The position numbers and the translations under genes were made by a program. A DNA stretch of 64,000 nt from contig CAWDVE010000024.1 in NCBI GenBank assembly GCA_963805625.1, positions 115,093 through 179,092 on the forward strand, written 5' to 3'. The notes beneath the pieces were generated by a model that saw only the letters and a program-made list of their open reading frames with translations, searched no databases and had not been told where the DNA came from. This document shows positions 33,103 through 43,956 of the stretch, piece by piece (the first letter of the stretch is position 1; each line of letters starts with the position of its first letter). Source of the stretch: an uncultured Candidatus Rokubacteria bacterium (GTDB taxonomy: Bacteria > Methylomirabilota > Methylomirabilia > Rokubacteriales > DASRDR01).

Positions 33103-34103
33103 GCGACCCGGGACCGGCCGCGCCCCCACCGCTCCCTCGGTCGCTCTACGTCGAGACGACGAGCCGGTGCAACTCGCTCTGCGAGACGTGCATCCTGACC
33201 TTCGGCGGTCGGGAGGCGCCGAAGGATCTCGGCTACCCGGAGTTCCGTCGGATCGTGGACCAGTTCCCGGTGCTCGAGCGGGTCGTCCTCCACGGGATCG
33301 GCGAACCCCTCCTCAACCGCGAGCTGCCCGCGATGATCGAGCACGCGAAGGCGCGCGGCGCGCAGGTCCTGTTCAACACGAACGCCATCACGCTGAATGG
33401 CCGGTGGCCCGCCGCGCTCGTGAACGCGGGACTCGACGAGATCCGCGTCTCCCTCGATGGCTCGACCGCCGAGACATACCGCCGGGTCCGCGGCGTCGAC
33501 GCGTTCGACAAGGTCCTCGACAACCTCGAGGCGTTTGCCGCATATCGGCGGGCGCGCGGTGTGACACACCCGCAGGTGTCACTCTGGTTCACCGGCATGC
33601 AGGACACCCTCCACGAGCTGCCCGGGCTCGTCCCGATCGCCGTGCGGGCGGGTGCGGCCGGGATCCATCTTCAGCGGCTGGTCTACTACGGGCAGGGTCT
33701 GGCCGTGAAGCCGCAGGCGCTGTTCGGCCGGGCCACGGTGGAGCATGAGCGCGTGATACGCGAGACGGGAGTCGCCGCCGCGGCCGCCGGCGTGGCCTTC
33801 TCCGCCTCCGGCGCCACCGCGCCCGAGGTCAGCCTGACGCCACACGGCGTCTCGACTCGCCCCTGGAGCCACTGCCGACGACCCTGGACGCTGGTCTACG
33901 TGACCGTGCACGGGAACGTGCTGCCGTGCTGCATCTCTCCGTTCGTGGCCGATCCGTACGAGGGCATCGTCCTCGGGAATCTCTTCGAGCAGACCCTGGA
34001 GGCGATTTGGGGGGGGGACGGCTATGCGGCCTTCCGGGGGGCGCTCCTGACGGAATCACCGCCCCAGCCGTGCCGTGGGTGCGGCGTATTCTGGAGCCTC
34101 TAG
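33099..34103 (+). CDS. radical SAM/SPASM-twitch protein
   Basis: CNSLCETC, GIGEP, CRRPW..GNVLPCC..CRGC. Confidence 0.9.
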   Translation: MSDPGPAAPPPLPRSLYVETTSRCNSLCETCILTFGGREAPKDLGYPEFRRIVDQFPVLERVVLHGIGEPLLNRELPAMIEHAKARGAQVLFNTNAITLNGRWPAALVNAGLDEIRVSLDGSTAETYRRVRGVDAFDKVLDNLEAFAAYRRARGVTHPQVSLWFTGMQDTLHELPGLVPIAVRAGAAGIHLQRLVYYGQGLAVKPQALFGRATVEHERVIRETGVAAAAAGVAFSASGATAPEVSLTPHGVSTRPWSHCRRPWTLVYVTVHGNVLPCCISPFVADPYEGIVLGNLFEQTLEAIWGGDGYAAFRGALLTESPPQPCRGCGVFWSL

Positions 34104-34110
34104 TGGCCGA

Positions 34111-35103
34111 CTACCGAGCCGAGACGACGGTCGTGCATGCGCTCCCGAGCTTCGGGAGGTCGGCGCCCGCCGCGGGCTCCCAGTCGATGACGAGACGGTC
34201 GCCGCGAGCGAACGGACAGTAGGGGTCAGGCTCCCCCAGGCGGCCGAGCACCGCGCGACGGCCTGCGCACCCGCCTTGACAGGGGCAGCCGGCGCAGGCG
34301 GCCGGCCGTTCGGTCGCCTGCCGGAACTCCGGAGCGCTCGTGATGTCGTCGCCGAGCGCATCCAGGTCCGCGAGCGTGAGCCGGCTCGCCGGCCAGTAGG
34401 TGCAGGGGAGGATCCGACCGTCCGGCGCGAGCCGGATCGTCGAGCGCCCGCAGCCCGGACCCGTGAAGCCCGGGACGCCCAGGACCCCGGCCAGGACCGG
34501 CTCGGTGGTGGCGACCAGACGCGTCGCCCCGAGCAGGCGCCGGAATCCCTCCCAGAACTCGGTGTAGCTGAGCGAGAAGCGGTCGGTCTTCGAGGGCTGG
34601 TAGATGTTGACGCGCAGGTTGGCGCCCCGTCCGGCGGCCACGCGTGCGAGTGCGGGCAGGTGGTCGACGTTGATCTTCATCATGACCGCCGTCACGGTCA
34701 CGGGCACGCCGAGCCCCGCGCAGCGCTCCATCGCGGTCTCGACCGTGCGCCAGTTGCCGGCCCCCCGGAAGGCGTCGTGCTCGCGCTCCGTGGGGAAGTC
34801 GAGCGAGAACTCGACGCCGTGGAACCGCTTGACGGCGGCGTCGGGGAGGGCCTGGATGCTGAGGCCGTTGGAGGTGATGCTCGTCTTGATCCCGTGCGCC
34901 CACACGAGCTCCAGGATCGCCTCGTAGTCCGGATGCAGGCCGTTTTCGCCGACCCCCAGATTCAACGATCGGATCGGGATGCGCTCCACCACACGCCGGA
35001 CGTCCGCCAGGGTCAGGCGGGCGATGACCGCGTCCGGCCGGTAGCAGTGTGCGCAGCGCAGGTCGCACTCGTTGGTGAGGCCGATGCCCACCGAGAAGGC
35101 CAT
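34111..35103 (-). CDS. radical SAM/SPASM protein
   Basis: CDLRCAHC, GCG..PC, CAGCPCQGGC..DPYC. Confidence 0.88.
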   Translation of the reverse strand: MAFSVGIGLTNECDLRCAHCYRPDAVIARLTLADVRRVVERIPIRSLNLGVGENGLHPDYEAILELVWAHGIKTSITSNGLSIQALPDAAVKRFHGVEFSLDFPTEREHDAFRGAGNWRTVETAMERCAGLGVPVTVTAVMMKINVDHLPALARVAAGRGANLRVNIYQPSKTDRFSLSYTEFWEGFRRLLGATRLVATTEPVLAGVLGVPGFTGPGCGRSTIRLAPDGRILPCTYWPASRLTLADLDALGDDITSAPEFRQATERPAACAGCPCQGGCAGRRAVLGRLGEPDPYCPFARGDRLVIDWEPAAGADLPKLGSACTTVVSAR

Positions 35104-35167
35104 GTGTGCCCTCACCCGATCTCGCCGAGGGGCCGTCGGGACGCCGGTGGTCGGGCGTCAGTCAAGC

Positions 35168-35770
35168 TCAGACGAGCCAGCGGACGATCCGGGCGAGTGG
35201 ATGGCCCTGGGCTGCCGCACGGTCGAGCGGGGGCGCCAGGAACGCGTCGACGCCGAAGCTCCGCCCGGCGTCGGTCAGGAGGAAGAGCACGGGGAACATG
35301 ATGAGCATCGTGTAGGTCCAGCCCCACTCGTTCGGGACGTTCAAGATGCTGACCGTGATGTTGGTCGCCATGCCGATCGCCACGAGGGACCCCAGCCGGG
35401 TGCCGAGCCCGAGAATCAGCGTGACGGCGATGAAGGTCTCGGTGATCAGCGTCATCCAGCCGAAGAAGGTCCAGTGGGGGATCACGACGTGGAGCTGGAA
35501 GTCCTTGTAGGCGGTGAGGGTGGGGTGCTGGATCCCCTGCTGGAACCAGTACCAGAGGCCGCCGCCGGACTTCCGGCCGAAGTCGTCGGAGGGCACCTTC
35601 CAGGCGGACTGCTGCCACCAGAGGTAGCCGTAGAGGATCCGCGCCAGCCCGAGCGGCCAGAGCGGGGCTGTCGCCCGGAGCCAGCCCACTCGGGCCAAGC
35701 TCTCGGCTCTGACCCCTGCATCACGATCGGTCATCGCGGCAACCTCGCGCACCACCCCTTCCACAGCCAT
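35168..35770 (-). CDS. DoxX/DoxD family membrane protein, copy 2
   Basis: Nearly identical to 8555-9160 over most of its length; GGAGGAG RBS. Confidence 0.82.
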   Translation of the reverse strand: MAVEGVVREVAAMTDRDAGVRAESLARVGWLRATAPLWPLGLARILYGYLWWQQSAWKVPSDDFGRKSGGGLWYWFQQGIQHPTLTAYKDFQLHVVIPHWTFFGWMTLITETFIAVTLILGLGTRLGSLVAIGMATNITVSILNVPNEWGWTYTMLIMFPVLFLLTDAGRSFGVDAFLAPPLDRAAAQGHPLARIVRWLV

Positions 35771-35824
35771 CGCTACTCCTCCCCTCGCCACGCCGGGACC
35801 GCTCGTTGGACCCGCGTCCCCCAG

Positions 35825-35853
35825 TTTGACACGAGCCGGCCGCCGAGCGGTTC
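35825..35853 (-). promoter_or_regulatory. ECF-type promoter motif upstream of DoxX-2/rSAM
   Basis: CGAACC-N18-GTCAAA. Confidence 0.72.
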
Positions 35854-36128
35854 GCTTGGCGAACAGGGGCCGCCGGCGTTGCCGCCGGGGGCTCAGGCGT
35901 ACTTGGCCGGCGCGAAGCGATCTGCGGTGATCAGCGCGTTCGCGAGCGTCTCCGGCATCGAGCCCCGTGGGGTCCGCGCGAGACTCTATCCGTGACGGTC
36001 CCCGATGGCGATCCGCCGGAGCGGCCGGCCGACTCGATGGGCCGCCCGGCGGGCGAGACCGGACACCGGGCATGCCCGGTCCTGTGGCACGCCCTGACCG
36101 ATTGTTGCGCGCTCGGCGTGGATCGGGC

Positions 36129-36635
36129 CTACTCGGGACCGGGATCTCCCCCGGCCAGATGGACCGTCTCGTCGCCAACCCGCACCACCGCATCCCATGT
36201 GACCTCGATGGCCCCCTTGACGCTCTGGTGCGCGGGGCACCCCTGGGGATGGAGCGTCAGGGCGCGCTCCGTCGCCTCGCGCGTCCCGAGCGGTACGGCG
36301 ACGTCGTAGTGGACGTGGATGGATCGAATCCGAATGGTCTTGCCGATGCCGGCGATGCGACCTTTCACGGTGGCCCTGAACGACTCCCGATCGAAGGCAA
36401 CCTGGCGCCCTGCCAGGGCGCCACGCAGGGTGCCGTACATTCAGCCGGCCACGGCGGCCACGATGTGGTCCAGCGTCGACGCGATGGGCGGTCCCTCGCT
36501 GACCCCATAGTATTGGCGGAGCTTTCCCTGCACGCCGTAGACGATCGGTTCCGGGACGTCGCCGAGCCATGCGTGGCGGTAGCCATTGCGGTATTCGATC
36601 CGAGCCGAGGAGATGTACTCGAAGTCGTCGCTCAT
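36129..36635 (-). CDS. OsmC-like selenoprotein (UGA at 36441-36443 read as Sec)
   Basis: Two in-frame ORFs joined by TGA: STLDHIVAAVAG-U-MYGTL..HPQGCPAHQSV; UGA at the first OsmC Cys position; hairpin follows. Confidence 0.85.
36396..36434 (-). promoter_or_regulatory. bacterial SECIS-like hairpin
   Basis: mRNA GGCACC..UGGCGCCCU-GGC-AGGGCGCCA-GGUUGCC; apical loop begins 26 nt after UGA. Confidence 0.75.
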
Positions 36636-36730
36636 GGCGAACGCTCCTTTCATGGAGGTGGCGTGTGGATCACTAGGCGGTCGATCTCGGTGGCCTCGAT
36701 GGGCGGAACCCTCCGGACGGCCCAAGGGTA

Positions 36731-36759
36731 TTCGACACGGTCGGGGCGGGGCGCGATTC
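36731..36759 (-). promoter_or_regulatory. ECF-type promoter motif of the OsmC-like selenoprotein
   Basis: CGAATC-N18-GTCGAA. Confidence 0.72.
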
Positions 36760-36793
36760 GCGGTCCTGCAGATGGCGCGGCCCTGGCGTCAGC

Positions 36794-36822
36794 GAATCGC
36801 CCAGCGTCCGGCGAGCGTCAGA
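36794..36822 (+). promoter_or_regulatory. ECF-type promoter motif of the Prx-like selenoprotein
   Basis: CGAATC-N18-GTCAGA. Confidence 0.7.
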
Positions 36823-36918
36823 AGGTCAAGTGACGGGAGACCGTCGGACGGCCGAGAGCGCGTTAGCGTCACCGCGGCGCGCCAGCGGGCCAACGGCGCT
36901 TGTGAACGGGAGACATCG

Positions 36919-37929
36919 ATGCCGCTTCCACCGAGGGACTTCAGCAAGATCGGACCCAACGAGGGCGAGCCGTTCCCGGACGTGTGCCTGCCGGACCAGA
37001 CGGGGACGACCATCGACCTCCACCACGCGCGGGCGACCGGGAAGGCGATCGTGGTGGTCCACCGCAGCGCGGAGTGGTGACCCTACTGCAAGACGCAGCT
37101 GGTCCAGCTGCAACAGGTGCTTCCGGCGCTCGAACGCAACGGCATCAGCCTTTTCGCCATCAGCTACGATTCGGTGGCGATCCTCGCCGCGTTTGCCGCG
37201 AAGCACGGGATCCGCTATCCGCTGTTGTCGGACGAGGGGAGCCATACCCTGCGCCGCCTGGGTCTGATCAACGAGCGCGTCCACGAAGACCACGCCGCCT
37301 ACGGGATTCAGCCCAATCCCCGGCACGTGGGCGTGCCGTACCCTGGGGTGTTCGTCCTCAACGAGCTGGGCGTCGTCGCCCGGAAGCGCTTCCACGAGAG
37401 TTATCGCGAGCGCGACACCGGCGCGGGTCTGCTCGCCCAGTCCCTCGGCATCTTCGATACCCCGCGCGGGACTGAGACGACGGCCAGCGGGCCTACCGTG
37501 CGCGTGCGAGCCTGGCTCGATTCACCGACGTACAGCGTGTTCCAGCGTCTGCACCTGTCCGTAGAACTCACAATTGCGCCCGGGCTGCACGTGTACGGCG
37601 CCCCGGCTCCCAACGGGGCCACCCCACTGTCGCTGGACGTGAGTCCGATCGATGGTCTCGAGCTCCGGCCGATGAGCTGGCCCGAGCCCCGACGTCTCCG
37701 GATGGCCGGACTCGATGAGGAGCTCTGGGTGCATGAGGGGACCATCCGTGGCGCGCTGCCTGTCGCGTTTACGGCTCCAGCCGGTGGCGGCGATCACCGC
37801 CTGACGGTTGTCGTAAGCTACCAGGCCTGCAGCAACGCGGTGTGCTACCCGCCCGATGCGGTGCGGCTGGAGCTGTCGGTGAAAGAGATCGCGCTCGTGG
37901 ACCGGACTCTTCCTAACGCGAAATCCTGA
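36919..37929 (+). CDS. AhpC/TSA (peroxiredoxin-like) selenoprotein with a C-terminal DsbD-N-like domain (UGA at 37078-37080)
   Basis: HRSAEW-U-PYCKTQL (UxxC), frame stays open through AISYDS..YPLLSDEG; C-terminal HVYG..YQACSNAVCYPP. Confidence 0.87.
37086..37116 (+). promoter_or_regulatory. bacterial SECIS-like hairpin
   Basis: CUG..GCAGCUG-GUC-CAGCUGC..CAG; loop begins 21 nt after UGA. Confidence 0.7.
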
Positions 37930-37989
37930 CGCCCGAGGGGCGAGGCGGCTGACCCCCATCTGATCGACCTCGCGGAGGCGGCGTCTCCG

Positions 37990-38370
37990 GCTGGGTAGCC
38001 GCTCAGCTTGAGCACACAGCTCTCGGGCGCGAGATTGCCCTTGAGCACGCTGATGTGTGGATGTCGCGCTCGAGCGACAGATCGAGCAAAAAGCTCGTCT
38101 CCTCCAGCGTGTTGGTGCCTTGTGTCACCACGACGCCGTCGGCATCGAGAGTACGAATTCGAGCCGCCAGCTCGTAGATTTGGTCGATCGACAGCGAGTG
38201 GCTACCGACGCGCGATACTGTCTCGGTTCGGATGGCGGCTAGTCTGGCCAGCGTCAGCACGGCGGCACCCAGATCGTCGGCACCCAACCCCATCTGCATG
38301 GCACCCGACGCATCCGGGCGCGTGGCGATCGTGCCGCCGAGCGCCAGGACGTGGACGCGCAGCAAGCCCG
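37990..38370 (-). pseudogene. asparaginase N-terminal fragment abutting a short IlvD-like fragment
   Basis: LGGTIA, DGVVVTQGTNTLEETSFLL; then LKGNLAPESCVLK in another frame. Confidence 0.65.
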
Positions 38371-38602
38371 TCACTTCAGTCCGAGGGACTCGACGGGGCG
38401 GGCCATCGGGGCGTCGCATCGGGTTGGCCAGATTGCGCAAAGCCGGCGGCTAGAGAAGCCTGGTTCCTCTCGAAGAGCTTCCACTTGATGCCAACTGGTC
38501 GCCTCAATGGCCCGACACAGCGTGTGTGACCGGCGATCACTAGTCGACCTCGTGACTCCCCTAAGATTCGGCCACTCCGGCTGAGAGTTCGTTTCGCCCG
38601 GT

Positions 38603-39286
38603 TCAGGTTGAGTTTCCGTGGAGCGACTCCAACACCGCATCCGTCTTCTCCAGCCAGAAGCCCATGCCCATCTCGCGGTACATCGTCGTCGCGATCGCGA
38701 GATGCTCACGGGCCTGCTCCCGCTGGCCCGTTCGCCGGTGGAGCTTGCCGAGCCCGAGATGGCAGTGGGCGACGAGGGGGCGCATGCCGAGTTCGGAAGC
38801 CAGCGTCATGGCGGCGCCGTAGTGCGCCTCGGCCGTTGCCACGTCAGGATCGTCGTGATACGAGGCGACCTCGCCGAGAAGGCGGAGGGCCCATGCCTCG
38901 TGACCCCGCTCACCGCGCTCGCGGGCGAGCCTCACGGCGCGGTCGGCAGAGGCGCGGAGGTCCTCGACCCGGTCCGCCAGGAGCTCCATGGAGCCCTTGA
39001 GGTCAGCGAACAGGACCGTGACCAGCTTCCGCTCCCCTTCGAGCGCGGCCTTCGAGGTGAGGATCCGCTCGGCGAGATGCTTGGGTGTATAGGACTGGGG
39101 GGCCGCGAAGCGTGTCGCCGCCGAGGCGGTGGGAACAGTCACTCGCGCCCCACACTTTCGGCAAAAGTTGTCGTCTGGGGCGGTTGCCGCGCCGCATTGC
39201 GGGCACCCGACGTGGAGCTTCGCCCCGCACTTCGGGCAGAAGGCCGCGTCCGAGGGCGTTTCCTGCTCGCATCGCGGACAGTTCAT
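38603..39286 (-). pseudogene. double zinc-ribbon/adenylate cyclase/AAA/TPR protein with in-frame internal deletion
   Basis: Four CxxC motifs, EGERKLVTVLFADLKGS joined directly to the terminal TPR segment. Confidence 0.8.
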
Positions 39287-39299
39287 ACAGGCTCTCGGC

Positions 39300-41958
39300 C
39301 TACGTCGACTCGTTTAGCTGGGTCTCCGCCTGCGCCAGCCAGAAGCCCATGCCCATCTCGCGGTACATCGTCGTCGCGGTCGCCAGATGCTCCCGGGCCC
39401 GCTCCCGCTTGCCCGTTCGCCGGTAGAGCTTGCCGAGGCCCAGGTGGCAGTGGGCGGCCAGCGGGCGCATGCCGAGTTCGTCGGCTCGCGCGAGGGCCTG
39501 GCGGTAGTGCTCCTCGGCGGTCTTGACGTCGGGAGGGTCGGCCTGTGCGGCGATCTCGCCGAGGAGGCGGAGGACCCAGGCCTCGTTGCCGCGCTCCTTC
39601 TGCCGGTGCGCGAGGTCTAGCGCGCGTTGCGCGATCGCGAGCGCGTCGTCTCGGCGACGGGCGAGAAGGTGCCCCTCACCGAGGTAGGCCAGGAGAAGCG
39701 GATGGAAAGCGGTGCCCGTCGACTCGGGGTCCGCGAGCGCCTCCTCCATGAGGCTCACGCCCTCCGCGAGGCGACCCGACAGCGCATACGCGTAGCCGAG
39801 ATGCGCGGCCGTGATGTCGAAGAGGACCGGCGCGGCGACCCGGCACAGCTCCACGGCACGCTCGAGCGGCGGAATGGCCTCGGCGATCGCACCCCGGCGG
39901 AGGAAAACGAAGCCCAGGCTCCGGCATGAGAAGGCGAGGGGGGAGAGTTGATTGACTTCGCTAGCGATCCGGAGAGCCTCCTCGGCGTGCGCCATCGCCT
40001 CCGCGAACTCACCCAGCTCGGCGAGGCACCAGACGAGCCGTCCTCGTGAGATGACCGATCCGACGACGGTGACGGTCACACCCCCCGACGAGACCAAGCC
40101 ATCGTACCGCCGACCGGCAGGATCTATGTCCTACAGAGTCTCGCCCAGCCGGCTGAATGCCTCCACGCTCTCTCGATAGTTCCCCGTGGACTGCCCGATC
40201 GCAGCCAGCGTGTAGTTCACGGATGCCTGGAGCAAGACGTCACCGAGGCCGCTGGCGAGGGCCAGAGCCCGCCGGGCCAGCTCGAGCCCGCGATCCGTCT
40301 CACCCCAGTTCCAGGCTTGGGTCCCGAGGAGCAGGAGGGCCCGCCCCAGCCGCCGATCGTCGCCCACCGCTTCCGCGAGAGCCTCGGCTCGTCGGGCGTG
40401 CGCGACGCTCTTCGCCCGCTCCCCCACCGTCGTCAGGCCGCGGCCGGCGTCGAAATGGAGGTCGATCGCCCGCTCCCGCCACTCCGTCTCTTGCGGGAGA
40501 TGCGCGAGCGCCTCGAGCGCCTGCTCGAAGCAGGTCACCGCCTCCCGGTAGGCCGAGCGCTCCGTCGCCTTCCCGCCGGCCTGACGGAGGTAGGTCACCG
40601 CCTGTTCCCATACCTCCCCCCGGAGCGCGTGGTGGGCCAGGCGCTCGATGTGCTCCGAGAGCCGCTCTGGGTAGCACCGCTCGATGGCCTCGACCGCCCG
40701 GGCGTGGAGGGCGCGCCGGCGATCCTGCAGGAGGCTCCCGTAGGCGACCTCGTGGGTCAGCGCGTGCTTGAAGCTGTACTCAACGTCGGGGAACAGACTC
40801 GTCTCGTACAGGAACTCGGCGGCCTGGAGCCGGCCGAGGCCCTCGGCCAGCGCGTCCGCCGGTTCTCCCGCGACACCCGCGAGCACGGCCAGCGGGACGT
40901 TGGTGCCGATCACCGAGGCCGTCTGGAGGAGGTCCTTGTCCTCTGTCGGCAACCGGTCAATGCGCGCCGCCAGGATCGCGTGCACCGTCGTCGGCACGTG
41001 GATGGCCTTCGTAGCCTTCAGGAGCCGATACGCACCGCGCGCGCCGGCTAGCACTCCCTCGTCCACGAGGCTCCGCACGCTCTCTTCGAATCGGGTGAGC
41101 CCCTGCGCGGCCGCCGCGGAGAGCCGCGAGCGCCGGGGCCCCGCGCCCGTGAGCTCGTAGTTCTCCACCGGGGCCGGCAGCCCCTTGATCGGCATCGCGC
41201 CGAGCGGCTTGATCTCGACGTACCCTTCCACTAAGCGGAGGGTGTCGGCCGTCAGAAACGTCGTGCCCGGGCTGGCCAGTTGCTCCATGCGGGCGGCCAG
41301 GTGCGTCGTCTAGCCTATCGCGCTGTAGTCCATGCGGAGGTCGCTCCCGATGGTGCGCACCACGACTTCGCCGGAGTTCAGACCCACCCGGACCTCGACG
41401 GTCACGCCGTGCGCGCGCCGGAGGTCCTCGGTCAGCCGCCGCATCGCCCGCTGGAGATCGATCGCGGCGTAGCACGCCCGTACCGCGTGGTCCTCGTGAG
41501 CGACGGGCGCACCGAAGAGCGCCATAATCCCGTCGCCCATCACCTGGTTCACGATGCCCTCGTAGCGGTGGACGGCCTCCATCATCCGCTGGAGGACGGG
41601 ATCGAGGAGCTTCCGAGCCTCCTCGGGATCCCGGTCAACCAGGAGCTCCGTCGAGCCTTTCACGTCGGCGAAGAGGACCGTGACCTGTTTGCGCTCGCCC
41701 TCGAGGGGCGCTCTTCGAAGTGAGGATCTTCTCGGCGAGATGCTTCGGGGTAAACGACTGCGGTGAGGTAAAGGCCGGGGAGCCTCCCAGCGACGGTGTA
41801 GGGGTTTCGGTCACGCGCGTACCGCACTTGCCGCAGAAGGCGAATCCCTCGGAGTTCGCGTAGCCGCAGGACGGGCACTGTGTCGCCAGCCTCACTCCAC
41901 AGCGCCCGCAGAACGCCATCGCGGGCGGATTCTCGAAGGTGCATCGCGGACAGATCAT
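39300..41958 (-). pseudogene. zinc-ribbon/adenylate cyclase/AAA/TPR pseudogene
   Basis: Frameshift near 41700, in-frame TAG at 41310 and 40131, AAA core deleted (GLTRF joined to EESVRSL). Confidence 0.82.
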
Positions 41959-42490
41959 GCTCCGCGGTCCCTCATCTCTGGCTCCGCCTGCTCCAGCCAG
42001 AAGGTCATGCCCATCTCGCGGTACATCGTGGCAGCGGTCGTCAGGTGCTCTTGCGCCCTTGCGGCGTCACCCGTCCTCCGGTGGAGCGTGCCGAGCCCGA
42101 GGTGGCAGTGCGCAACGAGCGGGCGCATGCCGAGCTCGCCGGCGAGGGCCAGCGCCTCACCGTAGTAGCCGGGAGTGTCCTCGGCGCCGCCGCCGGCCGA
42201 CGCGACATCACCGGCGAGACAGAGGGCGTGCGCCTCGCTGGCCCGAGCCCCTAGCCGGCGGCTGAGCGCCAGCGCCTCTCGCGCGTGGTCGGCGGCCTCG
42301 TCGAGCCGCCCGGCCGAGAGGGAGGTCATCCTCGCGCACAGCAGAATGAGGGCCGGCCGGTTGTGAGACGGGCGGCTGCGGAACTCCTCGAGGGCGCCTG
42401 CCACCAACGGGCGCGCCTCGTCAGCCCGGCCGGCGAGGGCGTAGGCGGCGCCGAGAGTCGCGGCGACGATCGGTGTCCAGAAGACCTGCT
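41955..42490 (-). pseudogene. C-terminal TPR fragment of the same family
   Basis: ELGMRPLVAHCHLGLG..MYREMGM.FW tail shared with the two downstream copies. Confidence 0.75.
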
Positions 42491-42499
42491 GCCAGGTTC

Positions 42500-42658
42500 G
42501 GACACGATGACGTGGCCATGCCGGGCGGCGTAGTTCCACACGGCGTCGTCCGTGGCCCCCGACAGGCCGACGTCGCGAACGTGCGTCGATCCCGGGAAGA
42601 GGTCGGCCAGGGCTCGAACCAACCGGGGCGGGAGGTTCTGGTCGAGCAGGAGCCTCAC
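42500..42658 (-). pseudogene. DUF5615 PIN-like toxin, truncated
   Basis: MRLLLDQNL..HVRDVGL..DDAVW..IVS, then runs into unrelated sequence. Confidence 0.75.
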
Positions 42659-42882
42659 GCGGGCGGAAGCGCCATCAGGCGGCGCTCACGCTCAGCCGCG
42701 AACGCCAGGCACGCCCGGATGTCCTCCGGCGTGAGGTCCGGGAAGTCGCGGAGGATCTCCTCTTGGGACATCCCCGACGCCAGGTAGTCGAGGACATCGT
42801 AGACGGTGATCCGAAGCCCCCGGATGCACGGCTTACCGCCGAGCTTGTCCGGTTCGATCGTGATGCGCTCCCGATAGTCCAT
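42655..42882 (-). CDS. DUF433 family antitoxin
   Basis: RITIEPDKLGGKPCIRGLRITV..LTPEDIRACL. Confidence 0.9.
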   Translation of the reverse strand: MDYRERITIEPDKLGGKPCIRGLRITVYDVLDYLASGMSQEEILRDFPDLTPEDIRACLAFAAERERRLMALPPA

Positions 42883-43956
42883 GCGCCGAGAATACGGGTG
42901 GGGTTCAGTCAGGTCAACCTTGGCCACCCGATCTGTGAGGGAGGCGCGGTAGCGAGCCGGGCCGAAGAAGGGAGAGAGGATGGACGGCAAGATAAAGGTG
43001 TACGCGGGACGTCGGCCAAGTGCTTGTTGACACTAACCATTCTGTAGGAGGGCCGTGCGAACCCTGGTTCGTGACAGCCCTCTCGGAGGGCCGTGCGGGC
43101 TACATTGGCGGGGAGGAGGACCCGGCCGCGGGTTCACGACGTCGGAGGAGGCGCGTCAGGCGGGCTCGCAGGCCGCCAGGGGTCGCGACCGCAACCTGGC
43201 TTGATGATCCGGCAGGAGCGTCTCGACGCTTCCCTCGGCCTTCAACTCGCGTCCGGCCGGGCCGGTCGGCGGCCTCGAGATTCTCGGTGGTGTCGCCTGC
43301 CAGTGGCATCGGTGACACCGGCTGGCGGCTTCCTCCGCGTCGGGCAGCGGCCAGGGCACGGACCGACCGGAGGCGGTGAGCATGCGCGTCACCGCACGAC
43401 GCCAGTGCGCAAACCGTCGCTCGCCACTCATGAGCGCCCGGGCCTGGGCCGCCGGAGGCACCTCCAGCGTACAACACAGGAACGGGCTACTCCCCTTGTA
43501 CTGCCGCCGACGCATTTGGCCACGGGAGACAGGATGGGCGCCTCCGAAGGGCCTCTTGGCGAGGCGGTTCGTCTCCGGAGTAGATGCGGCACTTCGCAGC
43601 GCGAACCGTGCGTTTTGCAGCGAGTCCGCTCAGCCCACCTGTGGCGTTCTCTTCGGCGGCTCACCCACCCGTCCGCTCGATTCGGTGCGGACTTGCAGCA
43701 CCTATGACGGTGGTCCAGTGCGCCTGGCATGCCGATTGGACGGCTCACACCCAACACGATCGGTGCCAACGCATGCCGGGAGAGGTCGGCACGTTCCGCA
43801 GAAGGTGGGCGGGTGATCGTCGATGTTGCCGGGCCAGGTGAATGAGGCCGCTTCGACGAGCCGCGATGGACACCACCACCCGCTCGCACAGTTTCAGGGT
43901 AGAGAGACCGAATAAGGGCCGAGCGCAAGGAGAAGGCCGATGGATCAACTCTTGAG

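Noticed and set aside
35892-36125. Short minus-strand coding-like tail (MPETLANALITADRFAPAKYA)
   Set aside because: In-frame TAG just upstream and no assignable family
40131-41312. Two in-frame TAG codons in the cyclase/TPR gene as pyrrolysine or recoding
   Set aside because: The TAG at 41310 sits at the Gln of the family motif GQTTHLAARM (CAG to TAG), the gene also has a frameshift and a deletion, and TAG is a normal stop elsewhere in the window
43000-43940. Possible ncRNA or small genes
   Set aside because: No recognisable structure, RBS-ORF pair or family motif
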